DNA of 63,643 nt, filler included, from Octopus bimaculoides (Eukaryota): the NCBI RefSeq assembly GCF_001194135.2. It is 7 parts of 7 records of this genome, joined end to end, with 100 filler letters (N's around TTAATTAATTAA, not from the genome) between each part and the next. Parts side by side here need not be neighbours in the genome. Positions count along the whole stretch, not along the records: positions 1 to 26,420 come from NC_068996.1; 6 more parts are not named here. One strand, written 5' to 3'. The stretch's first letter is position 1. Each line of letters starts with the position of its first letter. The notes under the pieces are model-generated. The model was not told where the DNA came from. It did no database searches and worked only from the letters and a program-made list of their open reading frames with translations. Shown here one piece after another: positions 12,065-24,689 of the stretch. The position numbers were made by a program, and so were the translations under genes.

Positions 12065-12365
12065 AAGCAAACATGCTCTGATGGATGTGTAATGTTAATG
12101 TGTATGAATGCCAGAATACAACTATGCTAAGGAGACTGTGCTGGTATGGGCATGTGAAGTATATAGAGGATGACCGCTGCATACAAAAGTATTGAATACT
12201 TTAAATTCGTGGAACTCGTGGAAGAAGGAAATGAAAGAAGACTTGGGATGAAATGGTGAAAGCTGACCTGAAGACATTGCATCTTAGCAAAAAGATGACA
12301 ATGGGCCATATTTATTGGCAATATGCAGAAGACTTGTCCCCACCCCATGGAAAATTGCACTCTAA
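12065..12365 (+). mobile_element. RTE LINE 3' coding fragment
   Basis: Remnant RRLCWYGHV..GRRK..KTWDEMVKADL, homologous to 2780-2990. Confidence 0.8.
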
Positions 12366-13828
12366 CACAAGACTAGTAATTAAGAAGCTCTAAATTAAGT
12401 ATGGTGAAACCAGAAGGTAATTACTGGTTTCATAATATAGAGCTAACATTTTGTGCCACCCTGAGGCTTCTCAAAGTGCTACTTCTTATACAACTTGCAT
12501 TTTGTTGTAGGCTGTGTCTGACACAAGTTTGCTCCACAATAAGCTTTTATCATCAAGAACTGCCTGACCAATAGCTTTGTAGGTTTCTGTCTCCCAGTAC
12601 TATCGGCCAATGAGATAAGAATGTATTTATCAAGCACAACTAGCCATTCTTCTGAAAAAACCAAGCAGCTTAAGGAATACTCTTTTATGGATCTCTTGCT
12701 CCTTGCGTTTTACCTCCTCATTCAGTTTCCATTTCATTATCAGTTTCTGTCTCTCTGTAAGGAATTACCCGAATTATCTTTCCAACACTTGGGCAAATTT
12801 AACAAATTTATGTGGTTTAAATCTGTAATGGGTATGCATACATTTCTTTGGAACTATATTTCCTTTACACGGCATAATTTCAATAGTCATGTAGCTTGGA
12901 TCAGAAGCAATGGAATTTCTTTTCATTGAGCAACACAGAAGAAACTTGAAATAACATCTGGCTAGGAGAAAACAGCGAACCAGACAGGTTTCACCTTCTG
13001 ACAATGATGACATTAATTCAGAAAGAATTGATAATATTGACAATGATGAAGACAATTCTTTGAATAACATAACCAACACCATATATTCCAAATCAAGTAA
13101 TTCACAAATACCAATTAGAGAGTGTAAAGAAGGAACAATACAGCAATATATTTGTCAGTATGTTAGTTAAATATCAGGCAAATATGCAGATTAGTTTAAC
13201 TGTTTTGTTCTCAACATCTCTGTTTTTTTCAATAAATTTTGAAATTAAAGTAGAGTTCAACAAAATAACCTCCAGATGATGAATCTTATGGAAGAGATGA
13301 TGGCAGATTGGGATGATTGGTAATTTGCTATGCTTAAGGAAACCCATCCATCTAAGCAAAAGTGGGACCCTAGAAACAGTTGCTGATAGGATGATTTTTG
13401 CCCCCCTCCAATATGTATGCAGTTTTTAAACAGCACATCAATAAGAAATATTATCTCTGGATAAATACTACAGTAAATTTTCCATTAAGTATAATACATA
13501 GATGGCTATTTTAATCTAATACTGACATCTATCTATCATACTTAATGTTAATATATCGTGCACTTTTATTCATTTATCATCATCATCATCATCATTATCA
13601 TTATGATGATGATGATGATGATTATTTGAGTTCAGATTCGGAGTTGATAAAATATGCACCAGATGAGTACTGGGGTTGATGTAATCAACTTAACCTTGCC
13701 CTGAAATTGCTGGCCTTGTGTCAAAAGTTGAAATCATCATTATTATCAATACTGTTGTCAGTATTATTATTTTAACTATTTTAACTATAGGTATTATTAT
13801 GATTATTATCATGGTTATAATAATATAT

Positions 13829-14031
13829 GTTGTACAGGCTGAGTCTATGTCTATTGGAGATGACAATTATGGACACTATGTTGGATGTAATAAAGAGGGG
13901 AATTTAATAGTTGACATATAAAATATCGAGTGATATTTAATATGTCAACTATTAAATTCTCCTACTCTACCTCATTTCACATAGTGTCCATTATTGTCAC
14001 CTCCACTAGATGTAAGCTTGGCCCATACAAT
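13829..14031. repeat. About 200-bp imperfect palindrome (fold-back element or MITE)
   Basis: Arms pair around a gagt loop at 13928-13931, e.g. ggagatgacaattatggacactatgt with acatagtgtccattattgtcacctcc. Confidence 0.85.
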
Positions 14032-14149
14032 TTACATAGTTATAACCATGATAGTGATAGTAATTGTAATAATATCACTAGTAACAACTATACTAATAGT
14101 AGTTAAAATAATAGCAGTATTAATAATGACAGTAGTAGTGGTGGTGATA

Positions 14150-14345
14150 TATTGCCACACGGACTGAAATTTAGGAGGAAGGAGTTAACTGATTACAACT
14201 GACCCCCAGTGCTCACCTGGTACTTGTTTCATCGACCCTGAAAGGATGAAAAGCAAAGCCAACCTCTTTGAATTTGAATTCAGAAAGTAAAGACAGATGA
14301 AATGCCCCTAAGCATTTTAATCACTGTGCTAATGATTATGTCAGG
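14150..14345 (-). mobile_element. tRNA-derived SINE family B, old CpG-decayed copy
   Basis: Collinear with the better-preserved copies at 31505-31712 and 56600-57095 (gaaaggatgaaaggcaaagtcgacctcggcggaatttgaactc). Confidence 0.8.
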
Positions 14346-14354
14346 TCACTGACT

Positions 14355-14472
<118 letters not shown>

Positions 14473-14761
14473 TATTATTATTATTATTATTATTAGAGGA
14501 AAAAGAAAATTAACTATGGATCTCACAGTGATAATAGGATTAGCAAAAACATTAATTGTAATTACAATAATGACTAATTCAGGAAATAAGTATAACCTGG
14601 ATAGCAAGATGGAAAACAAAGGTTGTAATACTAGTGTCAGGAAAAGCATGTGGATTATTAGTAACATAAACCATCAATGATGTAACCCCATTAAATCAGG
14701 TAATAAATTTAAGAGTAGAAATTATGATAATATACATGTATGTAGGAATCTTTCCTCTGAT

Positions 14762-15170
14762 AGGCACAGGAGTGGCTGTGTGGTAAGTAGCTTGCTTACC
14801 AACCACATGGTTCCGGGTTCAGTCCCATTGCGTGGCTCCTTGGGCAAGTGTCTTCTACTATAGCCTTGGGCCGACCAAAGCCTTGTGAGTGGATTTGGTA
14901 GACGGAAACTGAAAGAAGCCCATCGTATATAGGTATATATATGTATATGTGTGTGTGTATGTGTTTATGTGTTTGTGTTTGTTCCCCCAACCTCACTTGA
15001 TAACCGATGGTGGTGTGCTTATGTCCCTGTAACTTAGTGGTTCGGCAAAAGAGACTGATAGAATAAGTACTAGGCTTACAAAGAAAAGTCCTGGGGTCGA
15101 TTTGCTCGACTAAAGGTGGTGCTCCAGCATGGCTGCAGTCAAATGACTGAAACAAGTAAAAGAATAAAAG
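14762..15170 (+). mobile_element. SINE family A, near full-length copy
   Basis: Complete head, TA tract, body and tail. Best-preserved copy inside the gene. Confidence 0.9.
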
Positions 15171-16499
15171 AATATACCCTCACTATTTTTGTTTTGCCCA
15201 CTATTCCTACTGGTGCTTATACTACTACTACTACTACTATTAAAGATAATATGGGGGACAATATTAGCAAAACTAATACTGGAAACAGTAATAAGAGTAA
15301 CAGAGTAGCAGCTGCATTAGTTATATTAATTAGAGCAATGAAAAGAGGGATATTACTGGGCCCATTCTTTTAGATTGTACTGTTAGCTATATTCACATTG
15401 GTAATATGTGTAGTTTCAGTAGTTATACCATAAAAGTAGCATATTGGGTGCTAATATTTGTTCATGTAATATGAATACTAATTTAATTATCAACATGACT
15501 GATAACAATGATAAGAAAATGATAATTGTAATTTCATACAGGCTAAAAAAAAATGCAACTTTAGAATACCTGATAAATGCCTTTTAAATGGTTATTGCTT
15601 GTGGCATAATGTAGATTGTGGATGCACCATACGAAACAGACAGAGTCCAACTAAAATTTGAATAGGGTCTCCTGTCAACTTTAAGATATAATTTCTATCT
15701 CACATTAGTTCATTTTCCTCTACTAAAAGCAAAACTTCTACTTCATTGGCTAATGATATACACTGTCCTAAGAACAGTAATATCACTTGCAATGTTAGTT
15801 ACTTCGTCCATTATTAAAGTGGGAGAGCTGTATCAAGATGGCTGAACTCCATGTGATTTCAGTAGCAAATATTCTGAGATTTTAAGAGGAAATTACTGCT
15901 GTCTTTCCACCCAACGGAAAGAAGCTGTCACCTTTAGCAAGCATTGCTTTTTTAAATGTTTCTATTTTACCATCATATCAAAATGATACTCCAGCATGGC
16001 CAACGTCAAATGAGTGGAACAAGCAAAAGAGTAAAAGAATATCAATATGTTCCAATACCAATATGAGTTAAATAATTATTCACTTCCATTACTTCTTTTG
16101 TATCCACCTGCCTTAGCAAGGTCTTCCAAATTCTTCAGCTTTATCCTTAGCACAATCTGATATTGGACCTTATAACTATATTTGTTTACATCATTTAGAT
16201 GATTATTTATGTGATTACATTCCTGTTAATTTTATATATATATATTAATACTCTAATCACTACTTTACCCTCCTAACTCGATCATCTTTCAGTTATCATC
16301 TGTATTTACATTTTATTATTCAAGCTCTACTGGAGCTGCCACACTTTTGCACACTTGGCTGATTTTTAACATTTTTGCAACTAGAAATTCAGGCAGTCTT
16401 GCACTTGGCAGGAGACCTGTCGACCGTTTCTATCTTTCCTCCTAATTGTTTTTTATTTTTATTTGATATTTTACTCTATCTCAGAGTCCTCTACTGGGT

Positions 16500-16885
16500 C
16501 ACCTTTTACTCTTGTTTCACTTGTTTCAGTCACTTGACAGTGGCCATATTGGAGCACTGCTTTTTAGCTGAAGAAATTGACTCCAGGATTTATTCTTTGT
16601 AAGCCTGACACTTATTCTATCAGTATCTTTTGCTGAACCACTAAGTTATGGGGACATAAGAACACCAGCATCAGTTGTCAAGCGATCATGGAGGAACAAA
16701 AATACATACATACATACATATATATATATGACAGGTTTCTTTCAGTTTCCACCTACCAAATCCACTCACAAGGCTTTGGTTGGCCCAAGGCTATAGTAGA
16801 AGACACTTGCCCATGGTGCCATGCAGTGGAACTGAACCCAGAATCATGTAGTTGGGAAGCAAGCTTCTTACCACACAGCCATTTC
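16500..16885 (-). mobile_element. SINE family A, inverted full-length copy
   Basis: Reverse complement of 14762-15170. Confidence 0.85.
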
Positions 16886-17988
16886 TGCACCTTGCTACCT
16901 TTTGAATGACTAGCCATTCATTATATTACTGCTATAGATACTGTCTCATCTTTCCCATCTATGCAGTTTGTATTCTTTTGCCTTCTTTTCTTATTTTATA
17001 AATATCCCTCAATCTCTTAATATCATTTTGATCTCACTCATACTTTTAAGCCTTCTCTCTATCCTTTATTCTATTACTCTCTCACCCTCTACCATGAGGG
17101 GACTTTATATTTATATATATATATATCGAGTACCTTTGACCTCTAAAATTTAATTTCCTTCCAGTGATAGAGTAGGTGACACTATAATTTAAATTTGTGT
17201 TATTTCATATCTATTAGCTAATACCAATTTGCTACATGTATATATGTACACACAATCTGCACTTCAGCACTTACAGATCACTAAACCCCCAGAAACAGCT
17301 GTAAAGGATTGTTTGAACTCTCATTCTTCTTCTCTGTCATATTAGAGTATGAACATAGCCTATAGCTAACTTTTGTTTGCCTGGATTTGCCTCCCACCAT
17401 TTAACATGGAATTTTAAGTATTTGATCCAGTGTGAACACTCACCTGTCTGTATATATTTTATATGTCTTTTGACATACTTTTATCCATTATACATATATA
17501 TATTTACACACACACACAAATATTTATATACATTGGTTTGTGTGTTGCACTCTGTGCAAAACACTTCATTTCACATTTCTCAGTTCACTCACCAATAAAT
17601 GGGTAACCCTGTAACAGACTAGCTTTCTGATCAGGGTAAATGTTGGCCTGCTCACCTAGCCGGGTGACATAACTCGAAAGCCAAAACCAATGCAACATGC
17701 ATTGTGACCAGTGTTGTATAACAACATCTGATAGTCTGATCAATGACATGATCATGAAATATATCTCTTTCGCATTCATATATTAACAGTTTAGATCTTA
17801 ATTATAAAAAAATATGAAACCATTATTCTATGATAATTTAGTTAATTTTGTCAAGCTCCCTTTTCAGTTTATAAGATAGAAATTTAAACGTAATGAAATG
17901 TTTTAAAAGAAATTTAAAGTGCCTACGTGATAACTGTAAACCTACTTTTGGGCCATCCTGTATATACATATATACATACATAAATGTG

Positions 17989-18023
<35 letters not shown>

Positions 18024-18154
18024 GTTTGTGTGTGCACGTGTGTGTGTGTTTGTGTGTGCACGTGTGTGTGTAGTCCATGCAAATGTTCCTAAATTCCAAG
18101 ATATTCCAGGGCATGAATTTATCACTAAACCCAATCAGTACAATCATCATCATC

Positions 18155-18745
18155 ATCATCATCACCATCGTTTAACGTCCGCTTTCCATGCTAGCATGGG
18201 TTGGACGATTTGACTGAGGACTGGTGAAACCGGATGGCAACACCAGGCTCCAGTCTGATTTGGCAGAGTTTCTACAGCTGGATGCCCTTCCTAACGCCAA
18301 CCACTCAGCTACAAAACCAATGGTACAACAGAGGTTAAAAACAAAACAAGCAGAAACCAACTGCACTTTAGGTTTTTTTTTGCAAGTGACATCGCTGTCA
18401 TTGCCGATGACAGTAATGCCTGATTGACACCTGTGCCATGTAAAAAGCACCATTCAAGCGTGGTTGATGCCAGTGCCAGCTGGCTGGTCTCATGCTGGTG
18501 GCACATAAAAAGCATCATTCAAGCATGGTCGTTGCCAGAGCTGCCCGACTGGCACCCATGCCGGTGGCATGTAAGAAGCACCCACTACACTCTCGGAGTG
18601 GATGGCATTAGGAAGGGCATCCAGCTGTAGAAACTTTGCCAGATCAGATTGGAGCCTGGTACAGCCTTCTAGCTTGCCAGCCCCCCAGTCAAACCGTCCA
18701 ACCCATGCCAGCATGGAAAGCAGACGTTAAACAATGATGATAATG
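18155..18745. mobile_element. Two family C (RTE-tail) elements in opposite orientation
   Basis: 18160-18307 and 18590-18745 are reverse complements, each with its own CAT/ATG tail pointing outward. Confidence 0.85.
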
Positions 18746-18894
18746 ATATATATATATATATTTATATGACAGGCTTCTTACAGTTTCTGTCTATCAAATC
18801 CACTCACAAAGCTTTGGTCGGCCTGAGGCTACAGTAGAAGACACTTGCCCAAGGTGCCACACATATAGATTTACATATCGTCATCATCATCATC

Positions 18895-19380
18895 ATCATC
18901 ATCATCGTTTAACATCCATTTTCCATGTTGGCATGGGTTGGATGGTTCGACTGGGGTTTGGGAAGTCAGTGGACTGCACCAGGTTCCAGTCTAATCTGGC
19001 AGTGTTTCTACAGCTGGATGCCCTTGCTAACGCCAACCACTCTGAGAGTGTAGTGGGTGCTTTTTTTACATGCCACCAGCACAGGGACCAGAGGGGGTTG
19101 ACATCAACCATGATCAGATGGTGCTTTTTACGTGCCACCAGCATGAGGACCACAACTACAATTTCCTCAAGTACGGCATGTCACCCTACGATCCAAGGTA
19201 CTTTTTGAGTGGGCTGGTTATGCGACACTGGTGTAGGTTACAGCTGTGAACTCACTTTATTTGCTGGGTCTTCTCAGTCACAGCATATCTCCAGAGGTCT
19301 TGGTCTTTCGTCATTACCTCTGTGAGGCCCAACATTCGAAGGTCATGCTTCACCACCTCATCCCATGTCTTCCTGGGTCT
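18895..19380 (-). mobile_element. 5'-truncated RTE LINE (last coding residues plus 3' tail)
   Basis: Minus strand RPRKTWDEVVKHDLRMLGLTEVMTKDQDLWRYAV, then the shared tail and (GAT)n. Confidence 0.85.
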
Positions 19381-19964
19381 CATACACATATTTACAAACA
19401 CACACACATATAATGCAATGCAGATCAGATAGACATCAGCAAATTAACTTAGGAGCACCTTCATGTATCTTAGACTGACAGGTTATTCTGAAAGAATACA
19501 CAGATATTCAGTATAGCAGTTCATATAAAGGAAATAGAGTTTCTCAAATGCCCAGGAGGATTCCAAAGAGATAATAAATAGTTTTCATTATGCAGGTGAC
19601 CTAATCAGTGACAGAAGAATATGTTTTGAAAGTAAAGTAGTCAGAGTAAGACTTAACTGCAAAGAGATCAGAGAGTTATTACCATTCTTATCTCTCTCAA
19701 AGTGAAAGGCACAATGTATGATCTGTTTTGTGTAAGATGCACTGCTACAAGGTAGTAATTTGTGGATCTTGAACATGTAACTGTGTGATTAAGAAGTTTC
19801 CTTTAGGACATTTTCTGCAATAGTTTTGGGACAAGTGTATTCTACTACAACCTCAAGCTGATGAAAGGAAAGCCTTGTGAATGGAGTTGGTAGAGAGAAA
19901 CTGACATAAGCCAGTTGTGTGTGGTGTGTATGTGTGCGCACATGTGTGTGTGTGTGTACTTATT

Positions 19965-20250
19965 CTTTTACTTGTTTGAGTCATTTGACAGCGGCCATGC
20001 TGAAGCACCGCCTTAAAGGGTTTTAGTCAAACAAATCAATCCCAGGGCTTATTTCTTAAACCTAGTACTTATTCTGCTGATCTCTTTTGCTGAACCACTA
20101 GTTTATGGGGGAAGGGACAAACATAGACACAAAGACATGCACAAAGATACACATACACACACACACACCACACATACATACAACAAACTTTTTTCAGTTT
20201 CTGTATACCAAATCGACTCAGAAGGCTTTGGTCAACCTGAGGGTGTAGTA
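19965..20250 (-). mobile_element. SINE family A, inverted copy
   Basis: Reverse complement of family A body and tail. Confidence 0.8.
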
Positions 20251-20935
20251 CATGCAAAGTATTAATGATACATTCAGAGAAGGAAAGAAAGAGTGGTTGT
20301 TTCATGTTTCGAGCAAAGCTCTTCTTCAGAAACAGGAGACATAGGAAAGTCCAAAAGATAAAGGAGGTGGGGGAAAAAAATCACCAACAGTCCATGTGTA
20401 GTTGCATTTTGGAATATATATATATGTCTGTAAATAATTGTTACATATTATTTACAGATAAATTCCTCTATTTACATAATATCGAGGTCTCTTTCTTTCT
20501 TTTGTTGTCTTACCTTTTCTATCAATATATANNNNNNNNNNNNNNNNNNNNNNNNNNNNNNNNNNNNNNNNNNNNNNNNNNNNNNNNNNNNNNNNNNNNN
20601 NNNNNNNNNNNNNNNNNNNNNNNNNNNTATATATATATACATATATATAGGTAGATACATAGATAGACAGACAGATTATAAAATATATTTATTTAACCAT
20701 TTGATGTCCATAGGATGATGGCTGTTTCACAACCTTCATCATGTAATTATAATTTCAGTGTATATTAAATTATTTTACATGTTTGCACTAATGTGCATGC
20801 TACACATTGCACAGTACTATTGTGCATTTACAAATCAATGCAGATATAGAAAGGGAGCTCTTCAGATGAACAGAACATCATGATTTTACCAATGCTTCAA
20901 CTCTTGCTGAACAACTTGCATTGATGATTTGTTTA

Positions 20936-21524
20936 TAGTGGTTCCCAAGCTTTTTGGGCTGCCAGCCCCTTTGACACCCAGGCCACATTCCTAGCGACCC
21001 CATCCCAACTAACCATCACAATCATAGACCTGTTTCTCAAGCAAATTCAAAGCAATTGTATTTTGCAAATAAAACTTAACCTAATGAACCCATTATTTTG
21101 TTGTTTTTACATGAATCGCTACCCCATTATCACCCCACTTTTTACATGAATCGAGCGAGGTCATTGCCAGTGCCTCTGGGCTGGCTCCTGTGCAGGTGAC
21201 ATGTAAAATACACCATTTTGAGCGTAGCCATTGCCAGTACCGCGTGACTGGCCCTCATGCCGGTGACACGTAAAAGCACCCACTACACTCTCGGAGTGGT
21301 TGGCGTTAGGAAGGACATCCAGCTGTAGAAACACTGCCAGATCAGACTGGAGCCTGGTGTAGCCATCTGGCTCACCAGTCAAATCGTCCAACCCATGCTA
21401 GCATGGAAGGCGGACTTTAAACGTTAAACGACTACCTTATTATCGCCCCACTTTTCTTCAATGCCCCCCTTGGAACCCCCCCCCCCCCCAAGGGGAGCAA
21501 TACCACCCACTTTGGGAACCATTA
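20936..21524. mobile_element. hAT-type MITE interrupted by a family C element (about 21150-21430)
   Basis: TIR tagtggttcccaa / ttgggaaccatta. The nested insert is flanked by a repeat of about 22 bp (taccccattatcaccccactttt / taccttattatcgccccactttt). Confidence 0.7.
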
Positions 21525-21699
21525 GCTTATAGTGATCAAATTTTTGTGCTGCAGATTAACTCTTTCCCACCATCAAATCAACATTTCCCGTACCACATGT
21601 CAGATGTTAAAGTGATTGCAGAGCAATGTGAAATGAAGTGTTATGCTCAAGATCACAATGCACCATTCAGTCCAGAAATCGAAACCACAATCGTATGAT

Positions 21700-22725
21700 C
21701 AGTCCAACATTTGGAATGATTATTAACTGCTAAAATCACATGTTGCTTAAGAACAAGTGGATGTTATGTGACAGTGTGTTTTTGATATGAGTAGCATTTG
21801 TGCTTTTTTTTCTACTTGTTGAAAAGACTAGATTGACATATCCCAATTGGAGGATGTTTTTGAGGAGGTTTTTGTTCAAGGATTCAGTGTGGGTTTTGTG
21901 TGTGTTGTTTAGGTTGGAAGTCAATAATGCATGATCAGGGAATGTTAGAGAGATTTAAAGAGTAGTCTCATCTGTGTAAGAGTTGATATGGTTTGATGTG
22001 GCAGCAAGTAAGTCATTGATGTAAAGAAAGATGACAGTTAGGTACAAAACTGAAGCCAGTGCCAATGCAATTGACAGATTTGTTGATACTGAGGGTGGCA
22101 ACATTGGCTTTCACTTAATTCCTTGGTGAGAGAACCCACCGGTGGGTGACAGAGGAGTGTAGGTCACTAGTGAATCTATCTTTACAAGAGCTATACCGAT
22201 ATTCCTGAAGGAGATAAATTCAAGGTGTAGGAAGATGTTGTTATTGGCTATATCCATTACATTACAGATGCTAGAAACGAATGCAAAAAGGGACAATAGT
22301 TGGCAGGGTGGGAGAGGTTATCTTTCTTAGAGAGGAGACACATAGTACCATGTTTGCAAAGAATAGGACAAATTCCTGTAGAGAGGAAGGGATTGGAGAA
22401 TGGTTGAGGAAGTGATGCAGTCAGGTCTGGAAGCCTTATTGGTTAGAAGTGACAGAAAGTACTTTTATGTTTGGTGTATGAGCATGCAGGATGGAGGAAA
22501 TAAAATTGGAGAAGATTTGCTTAGTGTATGGAGTGTGGAATTGACTGAAACATGAACGGTAAAGATATAGGCTTTCTCTGCTAGGGTACTACTCACAGTA
22601 CCATCGTTGATGTAAAGTGGAGGGAAAAGAATTCTGCAAAGTTGGTAGGTGTCTTTTTGGCAAGGGACCAAAAGGGTGGGGCTGTAGTTTGGATGGCAAG
22701 ATAGCTTAAGAGATATACGATAAGT
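21700..22725 (-). mobile_element. CR1/L2-like LINE RT fragment
   Basis: Minus-strand remnants PPLYINDGTVSSTLAEKA..F and GFSFVPNCHLSLHQ / LYINDLLAATSNHINSYTDET (degenerate QGSVL..YINDL..YADD). Clade assignment is tentative. Confidence 0.7.
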
Positions 22726-22983
22726 CATCTTTCACTGTTCGAATAATAATGGTCTTGTAGATGTGGCGTTATATATAAAAATACAACATAAAATATGCAT
22801 AATATATAAATATATAATAAAATATACAAAATACATAATATATAACGTAAGTAAATATACTGAAAATATACAATATACATAAACATATAAATAAATAAAT
22901 AATATTCAATTATGCACAAAGGATATATTAAAGCTGTTAAGCGCAAAAGATCGCGAGAAAAAAATTTATATAATAGTACATAA

Positions 22984-23038
<55 letters not shown>

Positions 23039-23900
23039 AAAAGAGAGAAAGACCATGTGAAAATTTCATGTCATGTTTGTTTATTTTAGCCATTTTCCCC
23101 CGTTGTTGTTTTTTTTTTCTAACACTAATTTGAAATAATTCTGCATCGTAAATGTTCAAATATAAAAGTACTTTCACTTACATACAGATATTACACACAC
23201 ACATACACATATATATATACATATACATACATACACACACAGACACGTCTATGTCTTATATAGATAGATAGATAAATAAGTAAATGAGTGATTTTGTCCC
23301 TGTAGATATTTACGCGTGATAAGATCAGACAGATTAATTTAATAAATACTTGAAACTCAAGTGTGACCGACCGAAATGTAAAAGCACAAAAGCTGTTTGA
23401 TTGTCAATAACTGAATAATATAATAACATAAACAAACTACATTTTGCCAAAGGTAAGCATCTTTAAACGAGAAAAAAGATGAAAAATTTGTTACATAGGT
23501 AAACAAGACTTCAAGTTTCACATTTGTTGAGGAAGAAGGGAATGTGTGACGTTCATGCTGTTTATTATTAAAGAACATTATGAAGTATTTAAAATGAAGC
23601 GAACATGTTATCAACCGGAAATTGAAACCGGGCTGCAGATTCGGCTAATTTTTTAATGTGAATATAAATACGATTGTTTTAGTTAGTATTTGAACTTAAT
23701 ATTTACAGAAGGGCCGAATGTGACTGAGTAATAGTCGTGCATTTTATTTTATTTTCAATTTATTTCATCAAGGACCATAACAATGTACAATGAAATAGAT
23801 AACTGGAAATTGAAACCGGGTGGAGAACATGTTCGTCGTGAACCCGAATAATTTTAATGACGATAATGATGTTTGATATCGATAAAATGACACTACTTAC

Positions 23901-24210
23901 CGGGTCCATAATACTTCCTTCCTCGGGTAACGTCAAAGATTTTTCTGTTTACAGCGATACATATACGGCCGTCCTCACCGGTTCCATCGTATTTCTTCAG
24001 TTCGGCTATTGTCATGTCTTTTTTCTTCATCCGCGGCAAATGCACTTCTGGCTGTTGATGGTATCTGAGATGCTTCAGAGAAGCGAAGAGAATAACAGCC
24101 AGGATGGCCATACCGAAAATAACTACATAGAGCGGTTGTAAGACCTCACCGATTAATGTTTTTGCTGAAGAAACAGTACTTGCAGCAGAAGAAGAACTCG
24201 CCACCTCCAT
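23901..24210 (-). CDS. PGRMC1: PGRMC (membrane-associated progesterone receptor component, MAPR family) coding exon 1
   Basis: ATG at 24210. Translation MEVASS...VVIFGMAILAVILFASL (TM helix)...LPRMKKKDMTIAELKKYDGTGEDGRICIAVNRKIFDVTRGRKYYGP matches the PGRMC N-terminal half. It ends at a donor CCG|GTAAGT, phase 1, as in vertebrate PGRMC1. The symbol denotes PGRMC1/2-like, not resolved orthology. Confidence 0.97.
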
Positions 24211-24654
24211 TTTGGAAGGCAAAAATAAATAAAAATATATAATAAACAAAAGACACGAGATCCTATAATTGATGTTTATCACAAAACGGTCAAGGTCTGG
24301 GGGACAACTAAACACGTTGAAGCCTCTCCGATTTTTTTTTTTTTTTTTCGAATTACCTTCTTTTCATAACATCTAATGAAAAGAAGTTCACCGGACTTTT
24401 GAATTTATATGTAAATGAAAAATGTGAGGTGGAAGATGGGGTTCTGTGCATGAACACACACACGCACGCACGCGCGCACACACAAACATACACACACACG
24501 TATGTTTCTATGTATATATGTATATGTTCATATGTATATCTACATGTACATGTGTGTGTGTATAATATCTAATATGTATATATAGATATATATGTATGTA
24601 TTTACTGTATGAGTGTACACACACACACATATACATACGTTTGTATATATATAT

Positions 24655-24689
<35 letters not shown>

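Noticed and set aside
23893-24315. 140-aa ORF as a complete single-exon gene
   Set aside because: The upstream TTG start adds non-homologous residues, and the frame runs through a GTAAGT donor at 23900. The true ATG is 24210, and exons 2 and 3 lie about 16 kb and 18 kb away.
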